NCBI GenBank assembly: GCA_903832855.1 | Contig: CAILDB010000012.1 | Coordinates: forward strand, 4,368-68,367 | Origin: an uncultured bacterium | GTDB taxonomy: Bacteria; Patescibacteriota; Minisyncoccia; Phycocordibacterales; GWA1-40-21 | Length of the DNA: 64,000 nt | Reading direction: 5' to 3' | Shown: one piece after another, positions 7,505 to 17,850 of the stretch | Layout: every line of letters begins with the position of its first letter | Position numbering within the stretch: position 1 is the stretch's first letter | Notes under the pieces: generated by a model | Told to the model about the DNA's origin: nothing | What the model saw: the letters and a program-made list of their open reading frames with translations, nothing else | The model's database searches: none | Program-made: the position numbers and the translations under genes

Positions 7505-9508
7505 TTAAATTATTTTATAATCCACGGTCTTTCTATCCGCGTCCGCATTTATGAGTTTAATTTTTACTTTGTCGCCGAGGGCGAATTTCTTTTTAGTTTT
7601 TTGACCGATGATGGCGTATTTCTTTTTGTCCAAAACATAGAAATCGTCGCCGATGCTTGAGAGCTTTACCATTCCTTCGGTTTTTGTATCTTTTTCTTCT
7701 ACATAAATGCCCCATTCCGTAACGCCCGTGATAGAGCCGTCAAAAATTTGTCCAACTTTGCTTGAAATAAATTCGATTTGTTTGAGTTTTTTTGCTTCTC
7801 TCTCGGCTTCGGTTGCGCGGATTTCATTTTGGCTACTTTCGGTGGCGATTTTCTCGTAATTTGCCCAGTCGGCTTCGGTGAGATTTTCTTTGTTGATTAT
7901 TTTGTCCAAAATTCTGTGAATGCAAAGGTCAGGATATCTTCTGATAGGTGAAGTGAAGTGCGTGTAAAATTCAAAAGCCAGACCAAAGTGCCCAATGTTT
8001 TTTGTGGAGTAAACGGCTTTTGACATTGACCTTATTGCAGTGGTTTTGATAAGTGCTTCTTCATCTTTTCCTTCAATTTTTTTGAAAAGCATTTGCAGGT
8101 CCTTTCCGGTAATCTCACCATTTTTGTTTCTAGGTAGAGTGTGTCCGAGCGCGTGCACAAAAAGTGAAAGTTCGGCGATTTTTTCTTTGTCTGGAATATC
8201 GTGAATTCTGAAAATAGGAGAGAATTTGAATCCACGATTTTTTATCATTTTGTAAAGGAATTGTGCGACTTCTCTGTTTGCAAGAAGCATGTATTCCTCC
8301 ACGAGTTTGTGAGTATCTAGGCGAACTTTTTTGTGAATTGCGAGAACTTTACCATTTGTATCCATTTCAAACTCAATTTCTTCATGCTCAAAATCAATCG
8401 CACCTTTTTGGATTTTTTCGGCTTGAAGTTTCTTGGCGATTTTGTTTAGGGTGTCTAGTTCGTAGAAAAATTCTTTTCCGTCTTTGCCAAGGTCCGACCT
8501 TGGTATTGAGGTATGTGTGTTATAATATGTTTTTGCTTGATTATCCAAAACCTCCTGTGCGCTTTCATAGGAAAATCTTTTTGCGGATTTTATAACTGTC
8601 TTTCCAAACCATCTTGAAAGCACTTTTGCATTTTTATCAACTTCAAAAATCGCCGAGTAAGCCATTTTTTCTTCGCCCTCATTCAAACTGCAAAGATTGT
8701 CGGAAAGAATTGAAGGAAGCATTGGAATTGTTCTGTCCGGCAAATACACGGAAAATCCTCTTTTTCTTGCCTCCTTATCCATCTCGGTTTTCTCACGAAC
8801 ATAAAAAGAAACATCAGCAATGTGAACGCCAATTTCAAATTTATCATCCGAAATTTTCTTGAATGAAATTGCGTCGTCAAAATCCTTTGCGGTCTTTGGG
8901 TCAATTGTGAAAGTTAAGGTATTTCTGAGATCTTTTCTTTTTTTGATTTCTTCTTGCCAGATTGATCTTGAGTTTGCATCCACTTGTTTGGCTTCGTTTT
9001 CCACTACTGCCTCAAATTTAGAATCAAAACCTTTTTCCGAAAGAATGGATTTCATTTCGGCAGTATTATCGCCTTTTTTACCGAAAATTTCTTGGAGTTT
9101 TCCTTCGGCGTCTTTACCAATGTCGCCCCAGTTTGTAATTAGAACAGAAGCTTTTTGACCGAGATTTTCTTTACTTGCGCCTTCTGTAATTTTGATTGTC
9201 GTTCTAGCTTTTTTGTCGTCGGGAATTAAAACAAAATCATTCTCTCTCATTTCCACAGTTCCTGAAAAAAGTTTTTTGTTTCTTTTGAGAATTTTTTCCA
9301 CACGTCCTTGCTGGCGTTCTCTCTTTGATGGTGCGGATATGGAAATGAGCACGGTATCTTTGTGCCATGCATTTTTCAAAAATTCACTCTTGATTTCGAT
9401 ATCTTCCTTAAAATCAAGCAGAGAAACATACCCCAGACCTTTGCCTGTGATACTTATGAGCCCTTCATATGATTTTATTTGATTTCCTTTTTGCTTGTGA
9501 TTGTCCAT
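7505..9508 (-). CDS. rnr: ribonuclease R (RNB family 3'-5' exoribonuclease)
   Basis: RNB domain motifs (HIADVSFYV, PMLPSILSDNLCSLNEGEEK); C-terminal S1 domain (GSITGVTEWGIYVEEKDTKTEGMVKLS). Confidence 0.85.
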   Translation of the reverse strand: MDNHKQKGNQIKSYEGLISITGKGLGYVSLLDFKEDIEIKSEFLKNAWHKDTVLISISAPSKRERQQGRVEKILKRNKKLFSGTVEMRENDFVLIPDDKKARTTIKITEGASKENLGQKASVLITNWGDIGKDAEGKLQEIFGKKGDNTAEMKSILSEKGFDSKFEAVVENEAKQVDANSRSIWQEEIKKRKDLRNTLTFTIDPKTAKDFDDAISFKKISDDKFEIGVHIADVSFYVREKTEMDKEARKRGFSVYLPDRTIPMLPSILSDNLCSLNEGEEKMAYSAIFEVDKNAKVLSRWFGKTVIKSAKRFSYESAQEVLDNQAKTYYNTHTSIPRSDLGKDGKEFFYELDTLNKIAKKLQAEKIQKGAIDFEHEEIEFEMDTNGKVLAIHKKVRLDTHKLVEEYMLLANREVAQFLYKMIKNRGFKFSPIFRIHDIPDKEKIAELSLFVHALGHTLPRNKNGEITGKDLQMLFKKIEGKDEEALIKTTAIRSMSKAVYSTKNIGHFGLAFEFYTHFTSPIRRYPDLCIHRILDKIINKENLTEADWANYEKIATESSQNEIRATEAEREAKKLKQIEFISSKVGQIFDGSITGVTEWGIYVEEKDTKTEGMVKLSSIGDDFYVLDKKKYAIIGQKTKKKFALGDKVKIKLINADADRKTVDYKII
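8487..8531 (+). repeat. family-2 palindromic repeat (ccaaggtccgaccttgg tattgaggtatgtgtgttataata) inside the rnr coding sequence
   Basis: 44 of 47 nt identical to the intergenic copy at 39163-39208. Here it is translated in-frame on the minus strand as ..TYYNTHTSIPRSDLGKD.. Confidence 0.7.
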
Positions 9509-9574
9509 GAATAACTATTTATCAACTGTAGCAAAAAATTTGACATTTGTCAGCTTTTTGTTAGTATGCTTTGT

Positions 9575-9958
9575 ATGTTAATTATTAGATTGCAAAGGGT
9601 GGGAAGAGTTCATGAGCCGACTTTTAGAATTGTGCTTACGGATTCCAAGAACAGCACAAAGAGCGGAAGGTACCTAGAAGTGCTTGGTTCTTATGATGCT
9701 CGCGCAAAAGGCATTTGTACTGTGGATGCTGAAAAAGTAAAACACTGGATTTCCAAAGGTGTTCAACTTTCCGGAACTGTCAAAAATTTTCTTATTGAAC
9801 AAAAAATAATCACTGGTAAAAAAATAAATGTTTTACCAAAAAAGACTGTTCCTAAAAAAGAAGAAGTAAAAGAGGAAGCTAAACTAGCAGAAAAGGCAGA
9901 AGTAAAAGCTGAAGAACCAAAAGTAGAAGAAGCTCCTAAAGAAGAAGTAACCCAGTAG
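9575..9958 (+). CDS. rpsP: 30S ribosomal protein S16 with a K/E/A-rich C-terminal extension
   Basis: MLIIRLQRVGRVHEPTFRIVLTDSKNSTKSGRYLEVLGSYD matches the S16 N-terminal consensus. Confidence 0.75.
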   Translation: MLIIRLQRVGRVHEPTFRIVLTDSKNSTKSGRYLEVLGSYDARAKGICTVDAEKVKHWISKGVQLSGTVKNFLIEQKIITGKKINVLPKKTVPKKEEVKEEAKLAEKAEVKAEEPKVEEAPKEEVTQ

Positions 9959-10189
9959 TGAATTTTGGCATCGGGTTTTCGGAAAAACCCAAATGAGCTA
10001 AATCTAATCTTATATCAAAAGTATTTTTTGTCTGAAGTTTTTTATATTATAGGAGGTTTTTCAATGCCAAAATCTACTACTGGGTGTTGTTTGCATTTTA
10101 TTTTTATGATACACTTTGAATAGGCAGTATAAATAAATTTACAGGTCGAATTACTGCATGATAATAATGAATTAATTTACAAAAAAAAT

Positions 10190-10531
10190 ATGTCAGAAAA
10201 CGATGTAAAGTTTCTTGAGTATGTTGTGAAAGCTCTTGTGGATGTTCCAGACAAAGTGGTCATTACAAGGACAGTAGATGAAATGGGTGTTTTACTTACT
10301 CTTACAGTAGACAATGCCGATATGGGCAAAGTTATTGGAAGACTCGGTAACACAGCCAAAGCCATCAGAACACTTCTTAGAGTTGTCGGTATGAAAAACA
10401 ATTCAAGAGTGAACTTGAAAATCAACGAACCAGAAGGAAGCACAAGAGGAGAATTTGTCGCTGGTGCAGCTAGACCAGAAATGAAATCTTCCAAGACCGT
10501 AGACGAAGCAATGGCAGATCTCAAGTTCTAG
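10190..10531 (+). CDS. KH-domain RNA-binding protein (UPF0109/YlqC-like)
   Basis: GKVIGRLGNTAKAIRTLL KH GXXG-type motif. Conserved position between rpsP and trmD. Confidence 0.6.
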   Translation: MSENDVKFLEYVVKALVDVPDKVVITRTVDEMGVLLTLTVDNADMGKVIGRLGNTAKAIRTLLRVVGMKNNSRVNLKINEPEGSTRGEFVAGAARPEMKSSKTVDEAMADLKF

Positions 10532-10554
10532 TTTCAATTAAATTAGAAAATTTC

Positions 10555-10578
10555 AAAACCGCTCGCAAGGGCGGTTTT
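10555..10578 (+). terminator. hairpin aaaaccgctcgcaagggcggtttt
   Basis: GC stem with flanking A and T runs, after the KH gene. Confidence 0.45.
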
Positions 10579-10617
10579 GATTTGCTATTTTTGTATTTTT
10601 GTGGTATTTTAAGTAAA

Positions 10618-11343
10618 ATGAATTTTCATATTATTACATTATTTCCAGAGTCATTTAGCTCGTATTTGAATGAGTCAATCTTGGCACGGGCGATAAAAAA
10701 TAAATTTTTGAAAGTGGAATTTTACAATCCGCGAGATTTTGTGAAGCCGACGAAAGTACAGGCAAAAAAAAATAAGCCGTATCTGAGAGTTGATGATATT
10801 CCATATGGTGGAGGTCCTGGAATGATAATGCAAGCGGAGCCAGTGGCAAAAGCTGTTGAAGTTATATTGAAAAAAATAAAAAATCCCGGTAGTAAAATTC
10901 TGAAGACAGAATTTACTACGGGACTTCGCCGTAATAAGAATGTTAAGATAATCTTTTTGGTACCCGATGGAAAGATGTTTGATACGAGTTATGCGAAATT
11001 AACGGCTCGGAAATATTCCGATATTATAATAATTTGCGGAAGATATGAAGGAATAGACGAGAGAATAAATAAAATATTTAAGACGGACAAAATTTCCGTA
11101 GGAAATTTTGTCCTGACTGGTGGGGAATTACCGGCAATGATTATTTTGGATTGTATGGCAAGGCAAATCGATGGAGTTCTCGGAAATTTTTCATCTCGCG
11201 AAGAAGAACGTGTTGCAAGTAGTGAAGTTTACACTCGCCCAGAAGTTTTGACTTTCAAAAACAAAAAGTATGCCGTTCCAAAAATCCTTTTGTCCGGAAA
11301 TCACGCCAAAATTGAGGAATGGAGAAACCATGGCAAGGTCTGA
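10618..11343 (+). CDS. trmD: tRNA (guanine37-N1)-methyltransferase
   Basis: MNFHIITLFPESF ... DDIPYGGGPGMIM ... ICGRYEGIDERI motifs. Confidence 0.8.
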   Translation: MNFHIITLFPESFSSYLNESILARAIKNKFLKVEFYNPRDFVKPTKVQAKKNKPYLRVDDIPYGGGPGMIMQAEPVAKAVEVILKKIKNPGSKILKTEFTTGLRRNKNVKIIFLVPDGKMFDTSYAKLTARKYSDIIIICGRYEGIDERINKIFKTDKISVGNFVLTGGELPAMIILDCMARQIDGVLGNFSSREEERVASSEVYTRPEVLTFKNKKYAVPKILLSGNHAKIEEWRNHGKV

Positions 11344-11356
11344 CCTTGCCATGGGA
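11327..11356 (+). repeat. perfect 13+13 palindrome ccatggcaaggtc t gaccttgccatgg (family-2 core) overlapping the trmD stop
   Basis: The same CAAGGTC-N-GACCTTG core recurs at 8493, 21760 and 39167. Confidence 0.6.
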
Positions 11357-11406
11357 TGGAATTTTTTTATTCATTACTTTCAATTTTGTATGTTAGAATA
11401 ACTTCT

Positions 11407-13071
11407 ATGACACAAAAGCAAGCGCTGGATATTTTGAAAATGGGTTTTAATTGCTACATTACGGGAGCGGCTGGAAGCGGTAAGACGCATCTTTTGAATG
11501 AGTATATAAATTTTTTGAAAAATAAGGGAGTGGATGTTGGTGTGACTGCGTCAACGGGAATTGCGGCGACTCACCTCGGTGGTTCTACAATACATTCTTG
11601 GGCGGGGATTGGAATCAAAGATGAAATGAGTAATTATGATTTGGAAGATTTGGAAAGTAAAAAATATATTTATGACAGATTGAAAAATACGCAGGTGCTT
11701 GTGATTGATGAAATCTCAATGCTTCATCATTTTCGACTTGACCTTGTGGACTTGGTGGCGAGACATCTTCGCAGAGTGGATGCACCTTTTGGTGGAATGC
11801 AGGTGATATTGTGCGGAGACTTTTTTCAGCTTCCGCCGATTTCAAGAATGGGAGAGAGAGAATCACACTTTTCTTACAAATCCTCGGCATGGAGGGATTT
11901 AAATTTAAAATTTTGTTATCTGGAGGAACAGCATAGGCAGAAAGAGGGGAATCTTCTTAGAGTTCTAAATGACATCCGTGGAAATTGTGTGAGCGAAGTT
12001 ACGATTGAGATTTTGGAAGGAAGAAAAAATCAAAAAACTTTGCAAAATATTGAGCCGACGCGCCTGCATACTCATAATATAAATGTAGATACAATAAATG
12101 ATGGGGAGCTTAACAAAATTTCTGGACAGACTTTTATTTTTAATATGGAAAGTAAGGGCAGACAGCCACTTGTGGATATTTTGAAAAAAAGTTGTCTTGC
12201 TCCGGAAGTTTTGAAATTGAAAATTGGTGCAAAAGTAATGTTTGTAAAAAATAATCCTGAACTTGGATTTGCAAACGGAACGCTCGGAAAAATTGTTGAT
12301 TGCAGGTACGGACATCCGAGGGTTTTGACGACTTCAAATAAAATAATTGACGTGGAACCAGCGACTTGGATGATAGAGGAAGAAGGAAAGTTGAAAGCAC
12401 AAATTCAGCAGTTTCCACTTCGCCTGGCATGGGCGATAACCGTGCACAAAAGCCAAGGAATGAGTTTGGATGCCGTGGAGGTGGATTTGTCAAAATCATT
12501 TGAAAAAGGCATGGGATATGTCGCCCTTTCGCGTGTGAGGTCCCTAGAAGGCCTAAATTTGCTCGGACTCAATGGTGTGGCCCTTTCTGTAAATGACGAG
12601 GTTTTGGAGTATGACGAGATGTTTCGTAAGAGGTCAGAAATTGATGTGAAATTTTTGGAGGCGATGGATGAGAGCGAAAAGTCGGAAAGACAGGCGAAAT
12701 TTTTGGAAAAAATTTCGCCTGCTGACGGCTCCGTTCACGGCAAAAAAAAAGTTTCCGCTTCCGACAAAGTTAAGGAAATGATTTTGGAAGAAAGAGGTTT
12801 GAAAGAAATTGCAAAAATAAAAAATGTAACAATAGATACCGTCATTGCTCACTTAGAAAAAATAATTGAAAAAGATCCAAGCATTGATATTTCATATTTA
12901 AAAAAAGAAGTCCCGACAAACAAATTTATAAAAATATATTCCGCTTTCAAAGATTTGTATGGTGATAACCGCGACTTCCTGTTGTCCCCAGTTAAAAACA
13001 AACTTGGAAATGGTTTTACTTTTGAAGAATTGAAGGTGGTGAGGTTGTTTGTAAAAAAAGCACTGTCTTAA
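11407..13071 (+). CDS. Pif1/RecD-family 5'-3' DNA helicase with a C-terminal extension
   Basis: Walker A ITGAAGSGKTHLL, VLVIDEISM, ILCGDFFQLPPI, ITVHKSQGMSLD motifs. About 150 extra C-terminal residues. Confidence 0.7.
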   Translation: MTQKQALDILKMGFNCYITGAAGSGKTHLLNEYINFLKNKGVDVGVTASTGIAATHLGGSTIHSWAGIGIKDEMSNYDLEDLESKKYIYDRLKNTQVLVIDEISMLHHFRLDLVDLVARHLRRVDAPFGGMQVILCGDFFQLPPISRMGERESHFSYKSSAWRDLNLKFCYLEEQHRQKEGNLLRVLNDIRGNCVSEVTIEILEGRKNQKTLQNIEPTRLHTHNINVDTINDGELNKISGQTFIFNMESKGRQPLVDILKKSCLAPEVLKLKIGAKVMFVKNNPELGFANGTLGKIVDCRYGHPRVLTTSNKIIDVEPATWMIEEEGKLKAQIQQFPLRLAWAITVHKSQGMSLDAVEVDLSKSFEKGMGYVALSRVRSLEGLNLLGLNGVALSVNDEVLEYDEMFRKRSEIDVKFLEAMDESEKSERQAKFLEKISPADGSVHGKKKVSASDKVKEMILEERGLKEIAKIKNVTIDTVIAHLEKIIEKDPSIDISYLKKEVPTNKFIKIYSAFKDLYGDNRDFLLSPVKNKLGNGFTFEELKVVRLFVKKALS

Positions 13072-13115
13072 AAAAGTAGATTAACAAGACACAGATTTTA
13101 GTATAGAATAACAGT

Positions 13116-15422
13116 ATGAAGTTTGAACAATTAGGGCAAAAAACGGACTCGCAAGGTGAAATTTCAGCTCAGGAAAGCGAGCTCTTTATGATGGCCAAAA
13201 TGGAAACCGCAGATGAAAAAATTTTGGAACAATTTACACTAGAACAACAAAAAGAAATCAAAGAGAAACAAAAAATTCTTTCCTCCCTGGCTTATTATAT
13301 CAGCAAGGATTTTCAGATACCTATCGTTTTAGGTTTGCCAACAAAAGAATGTCCAAGCGGTTGGAAGTGGGTAAAAAATATGAAAGATGGAACGCAATTT
13401 ATTCAAATGAATGCTCATGATTTATTGACTAAGCCAATGGACTATCTACGCTTTGTCACTTCTCACGAAGGTGGACATGCCAGGATATCTCGTTTTGATT
13501 TCGTTGATATGACAGTTTATAACGAAAGAGGTTTTTCTTTTTTATTGAATGCCATAGAAGATCCACGAGACAATAATTTTGTGGCGGCTAACTATCCGCG
13601 TTTTGCCGAGCAGATGAAGCTGATTTATGAACAAGAGGAGATTTCAGAAAAAGAAACAAAGAAAAAAGCCAGTGATATGTTTGGTTTTCAACCTAGATTT
13701 ATGCAGGCTGGTTTTGAGTATATAAGACAATGGTATCGGGAAAGGACGAAGCAAAGTGCGGATATTTCCGCCGAATTACCAGCTGAAGTGCGAGCCGTCG
13801 TTAAAAAGACTATGGAATCAGCCAGCGGTGCTTGGAAAACTTATCCCACAAAAGAATTAGCCGATAAAGGTGGTGTTTTGTCTAGTGGTCAAAAAGTAGA
13901 TGGGGAGAAAATGATAACCGAATATGCCAAGCAATCATATGAAATTATTTTGGAAGAAATCTGGCCGGAATATCAGAAATTAGTAGAAAAAGATTTAGAG
14001 GATCAGAAAATGTCTGAACTACTAAAGGATCTTCAAAAAGAAAAACAGGAAAGAGAACAAGGTGAATCTGGTGATGAAAAAGGAAGTAAAAGTGGTGAAA
14101 AAAAAGATGGGGAGGGGAAAGGTGGGGACGGGTTACCAAAAGAATTAAAGGATAAGCTATCACCAGAAGAACAAAAAGAGCTTGAGAAAGCTATAGACAA
14201 AGCAATAGAAGATTCGAAAAAAGACGCAGAAAAATCAGAAGGTCAAGATACAGGTAAATTCAAAGCTATAGATATAGATTCACTTTCACCAGAATTGAAA
14301 AAGAAAATTCAGGATTTCTTGGATTCCTTGCCGGAAGAAAAGAAAAAAGAATTAGCAGAAAAAGCTGAGAAAGATCTGAGAGATTTTGAGAAGGAAATTG
14401 AAAAGGAAAGAGAGGGGAAATTGGTGGAAAATCCAGAGGAGAGAGAAAAAAGAGAAAGTGCGGAAAAATCGGAAAGAGAAAAAGAATTAGAGAAAGATAA
14501 AGACACGGAGGATGCTGATAAAAAAGAAAAAACGGATAAGAAAAAAGAACTGGATGAAAAAAAAGAAGCAGAAGAGAAGAGAAATAAAATAATAAAAGAT
14601 TCCGAAGAAATGCTTGAAAGAGTGAGAAAAAGCCTAAAGGGGCAAGAAAATGAATATCAAACAGAAATGAAACGGCTAGCCCCACAGATCAATTCTCTGA
14701 AAGAAAAATTAGCCGAAATATTTCAAGAGAGAAGGAAAAGAGGCATTAAAACTGGTTTTGAGGAAGGAGAAGAAATAGATGTGGAAAGACGCTTGCAAGA
14801 AAAAGCTAAGGGTATTTCTATTTTTGAGAGCCGTGCTTGGAGACGAACGGAATTACCAAAAGAGAAGGATTATGCAATTTCCTTGCTTGTAGATTTGTCT
14901 GGTTCAATGGAAGGTGAAAGAATAAAAGAGGCATTTGAAGCGACTGTCCTTTTTACTGAGGTCTTGAATTCTCTGGGTATAAAAACAGAAATCTTGGGTT
15001 TTAACGATCGCCTCTACGAATATCAAAAATTTAATGACCGACTTTCTGGGGATATAAGAAAAAAAATAATTACGATGGAAAGTCGAGTTCATTTGTCTGG
15101 GAGTGGATATAATGATGATGGTTGGGCTGTTACTGAAACGGCAAAAAGATTACAAGCAAGAAAAGAAAAAGAGAAACTTTTGCTGGTTATTTCTGATGGT
15201 GAGCCAGTAAATTCAAACAGACATGATGGTCCAGAATACGAGCTTGGAACGGTGGTAGAAAAAATAATGAGAGAGGGTGAAGTAAAAATAGTCGGACTTG
15301 GCTTGGGCCGTTCGGGAGTGGACGCTGTTAAGCAATTTTACCCAAAACATCTATTAGCTAATAGTGCCGAGCAAATGATTGAAAAGATTGGTGATCTGCT
15401 TTTAGAAGTAATAAAAGGGTGA
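13116..15422 (+). CDS. vWA-domain protein with an N-terminal HExxH zincin-like motif and a long E/K-rich coiled region; likely partner of the downstream MoxR-like ATPase
   Basis: HEGGH at FVTSHEGGHARISRF with a downstream Glu (NAIEDPRD). C-terminal vWA MIDAS LLVDLSGSMEG, SDGEP, VGLGLG. Paralogous to the 3..938 vWA. Confidence 0.6.
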   Translation: MKFEQLGQKTDSQGEISAQESELFMMAKMETADEKILEQFTLEQQKEIKEKQKILSSLAYYISKDFQIPIVLGLPTKECPSGWKWVKNMKDGTQFIQMNAHDLLTKPMDYLRFVTSHEGGHARISRFDFVDMTVYNERGFSFLLNAIEDPRDNNFVAANYPRFAEQMKLIYEQEEISEKETKKKASDMFGFQPRFMQAGFEYIRQWYRERTKQSADISAELPAEVRAVVKKTMESASGAWKTYPTKELADKGGVLSSGQKVDGEKMITEYAKQSYEIILEEIWPEYQKLVEKDLEDQKMSELLKDLQKEKQEREQGESGDEKGSKSGEKKDGEGKGGDGLPKELKDKLSPEEQKELEKAIDKAIEDSKKDAEKSEGQDTGKFKAIDIDSLSPELKKKIQDFLDSLPEEKKKELAEKAEKDLRDFEKEIEKEREGKLVENPEEREKRESAEKSEREKELEKDKDTEDADKKEKTDKKKELDEKKEAEEKRNKIIKDSEEMLERVRKSLKGQENEYQTEMKRLAPQINSLKEKLAEIFQERRKRGIKTGFEEGEEIDVERRLQEKAKGISIFESRAWRRTELPKEKDYAISLLVDLSGSMEGERIKEAFEATVLFTEVLNSLGIKTEILGFNDRLYEYQKFNDRLSGDIRKKIITMESRVHLSGSGYNDDGWAVTETAKRLQARKEKEKLLLVISDGEPVNSNRHDGPEYELGTVVEKIMREGEVKIVGLGLGRSGVDAVKQFYPKHLLANSAEQMIEKIGDLLLEVIKG

Positions 15423-15434
15423 TATAATAAACAT

Positions 15435-15842
15435 ATGTCCATTTCATTAAGAGATTTTATAAAAACCGCTGAGAAATCCAAAGAAGCTTCTATTTTGGTT
15501 GCCGAAATGACGATGGATATGTCCGAATATTCAAAATTATTGGAAAATTTAGGTTATTTTTGTGTAGTTGATTCTAGTGAAGCACAAAAATATTTTGGAG
15601 AGGGTAGGAAAGTTTATGGGGTTGTATCAGAAAAAAACGCAGATTTTTATTATACCTTGGCCAAGGACTATGCTGGAGGAGATATCCATCTTTTTGATTT
15701 TGTTAAAAAAGAAAAAATCTGGATTACGCCAAATAGAGAGACCTCGGCTTTTGTTTTGATAATTCAGCTAAAGGATATTGAAAATCTCAAATCAAAAGGT
15801 TATGATTTTTCCACTGTTTGCGAGTCGGCTTATAGAAAATAA
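15435..15842 (+). CDS. hypothetical protein lying between the vWA and AAA-target genes
   Basis: ORF with close spacing; no recognisable motif. Confidence 0.3.
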   Translation: MSISLRDFIKTAEKSKEASILVAEMTMDMSEYSKLLENLGYFCVVDSSEAQKYFGEGRKVYGVVSEKNADFYYTLAKDYAGGDIHLFDFVKKEKIWITPNRETSAFVLIIQLKDIENLKSKGYDFSTVCESAYRK

Positions 15843-15870
15843 ATTATTATAAAATTAAATAAATAAAAAA

Positions 15871-17850
15871 ATGGAAGGACTACCAATAATACAAAATCCA
15901 GAGATACCAGAGGAGATACCAAAAAGAAAACCAGAAAAAATAAAATTTGGTAAGCTTGGCGTTGCCCTTGAAGTAGCTGAGAATAGAGGTAATGCTCGAG
16001 ATACGAGAGAATATGAGGATGATTTTAAGATTCCAACCATTGAATGGATGGAGGGTGAGATTGCTATGGCATTTCGAGAAAATGAACCGATTTTGATTGA
16101 GGGTGGAACTGGTATTGGTAAAACAAGGACAGTGGAGAGGATGTGTGCCCAACTTGGTTATGAATTATATAAGCTTCCTTGTTCTTCCTCTACCACAGAA
16201 AGGGAAATGATGGGGCGTTATGTTTCCAATTCCGAACGAAAGTCAAAATTAGATCCAGAAGTCATTTTTGCTCTTGGGGTTATTGCCGAAGGGCTCAAGG
16301 AGGAACCTGGTAAAATAAAAGTTATATATTTAGACGAAATAAATGCTATGGACGGAGCTGTCGGTGCCAGATTGCATGATATTTTAGATGAAGCAAAAAA
16401 AGAAAAAGTAAAGGGAAGAGTAAAACTTGTGGAAGATGCTGGAGAAGTTTTAGAATTTGATCCTAAAAGAGTAAAGATAGTGGCTACGATGAACTCCGCC
16501 GATTCAAAAAATACTCACGCCCAGAAATTATCCGAGGCACTACTACGGCGTTTTACTTACAAGAGAACAGTAGATGAATTGCCAGACGTGGAATTTTTAA
16601 GCATTGCTTTACAAAAATTTCAATCAAATGAAATTCTGAAGGATTTACCGGGTATTTCCGATGAGGGGGAATTGATAAAGGCATACTCTGAATGTCATAA
16701 GGCCTTACAGGGTTTAAAAAGAAATAATCAGATTGGCGTAGGCGTCGCTCAAGATTTTAAATTTGAAGATATAGATTATCTAAAGAGAGTAATCAAAAAA
16801 GTGGCAGTATTTTGGGAAGACGGTATCTTTACCGATTTGCCATCGGCTTTCAGAGAGGCTGTAAAAATCGTTTATACCGGTATGATTGTTGATCCAACTG
16901 AAAGAAAAATGATGGAGGAACAGATTTCTAAATTGGATTTCAAGCCAGTGGAAGATCCCAACAGAAAAGGTTTGGATGACAGGAGAAAAGCCAAAAAGTT
17001 GGCTGAAGAAGCGGAAAGAAAAAAGAAAGAAGAGGCAGAAGCTTTGAAAGCTAAAACCGAGTTGGGCAGGGCTGAATTGGCACTTGAAGAAATCAAGAAA
17101 AAAGAGGCTAAATTAAAAATGGCACTCCGAAAAGGTAAAAAAGAGCTGTCTGGCGAGACGGCAGAAGCAGAAGAGATTTCAGTAGAATATAAAAGAAAAG
17201 ATACTAAAGGCAAAGAAAAATCCGAAACTATTTCTTTAAACTTTGAAAAAGAGCTTACTGATTGGACTGATTTTTATACTAAACACGGTATTGAGTTACC
17301 TGCAGATTTTGCTGAACAGATGCAAGACATATGGAATAGAAATGCAGATGTGATAACAGAAGCTATCAAAGAAAAAGGGTTCAATAATGTTTTATTTATT
17401 CCAGATGGCCTTCCTTCATTGTCTATTTTGGACGAAAAGATGACGGAAGGTTATGAAAAAGCAAAAGGAAACAAGACATATTGGGAAATGAAAAAAGAAG
17501 AAATCACGGAGAAAAGAAGCGGTGGTCGAATTATTTTACTTCACGATTCTATTGAACCAGATGATATTCCTGAATTGGCCGTAACCCTAGGAAAAACTGC
17601 CCAATCCTTTTTGGACGCCAAAGAAGAACTTACAGTTTCTGAATACCTACTTTTGCAAAGGGAAATATTTGAAAAAACGGGTAAACATATAGACGACAAA
17701 AGAACCAGTTGGGTTCCTGGTGCTAGGGTCGGTTCCGGTGTCGTTCGTGCCTGCTGGGGTCCTGATGGTGCGCAGGTGGGTGTGAATTCCGGTGCGCCTG
17801 GCGATTCCTTTTCTGATATTGGGTGCCGGCTCTCCCGCTGTTTCAAATAA
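15871..17850 (+). CDS. DGR target T1: MoxR-like AAA+ ATPase fused to a coiled coil, a conserved module and a C-terminal diversified CLec-like domain (VR1)
   Basis: Walker A LIEGGTGIGKT, Walker B VIYLDEIN, sensor-1 ATMN, MoxR-type LLRRF. The C-terminal 40 aa are encoded by VR1 and end GCRLSRCFK. Confidence 0.75.
   Translation: MEGLPIIQNPEIPEEIPKRKPEKIKFGKLGVALEVAENRGNARDTREYEDDFKIPTIEWMEGEIAMAFRENEPILIEGGTGIGKTRTVERMCAQLGYELYKLPCSSSTTEREMMGRYVSNSERKSKLDPEVIFALGVIAEGLKEEPGKIKVIYLDEINAMDGAVGARLHDILDEAKKEKVKGRVKLVEDAGEVLEFDPKRVKIVATMNSADSKNTHAQKLSEALLRRFTYKRTVDELPDVEFLSIALQKFQSNEILKDLPGISDEGELIKAYSECHKALQGLKRNNQIGVGVAQDFKFEDIDYLKRVIKKVAVFWEDGIFTDLPSAFREAVKIVYTGMIVDPTERKMMEEQISKLDFKPVEDPNRKGLDDRRKAKKLAEEAERKKKEEAEALKAKTELGRAELALEEIKKKEAKLKMALRKGKKELSGETAEAEEISVEYKRKDTKGKEKSETISLNFEKELTDWTDFYTKHGIELPADFAEQMQDIWNRNADVITEAIKEKGFNNVLFIPDGLPSLSILDEKMTEGYEKAKGNKTYWEMKKEEITEKRSGGRIILLHDSIEPDDIPELAVTLGKTAQSFLDAKEELTVSEYLLLQREIFEKTGKHIDDKRTSWVPGARVGSGVVRACWGPDGAQVGVNSGAPGDSFSDIGCRLSRCFK
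17725..17844 (+). other. DGR variable repeat VR1
   Basis: About 120 bp matching the TR at 19040-19165. About 18 mismatches fall at TR adenines and 3 at non-A positions. IMH is ggGtgccggctctcccgcTgtttc. Confidence 0.75.
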
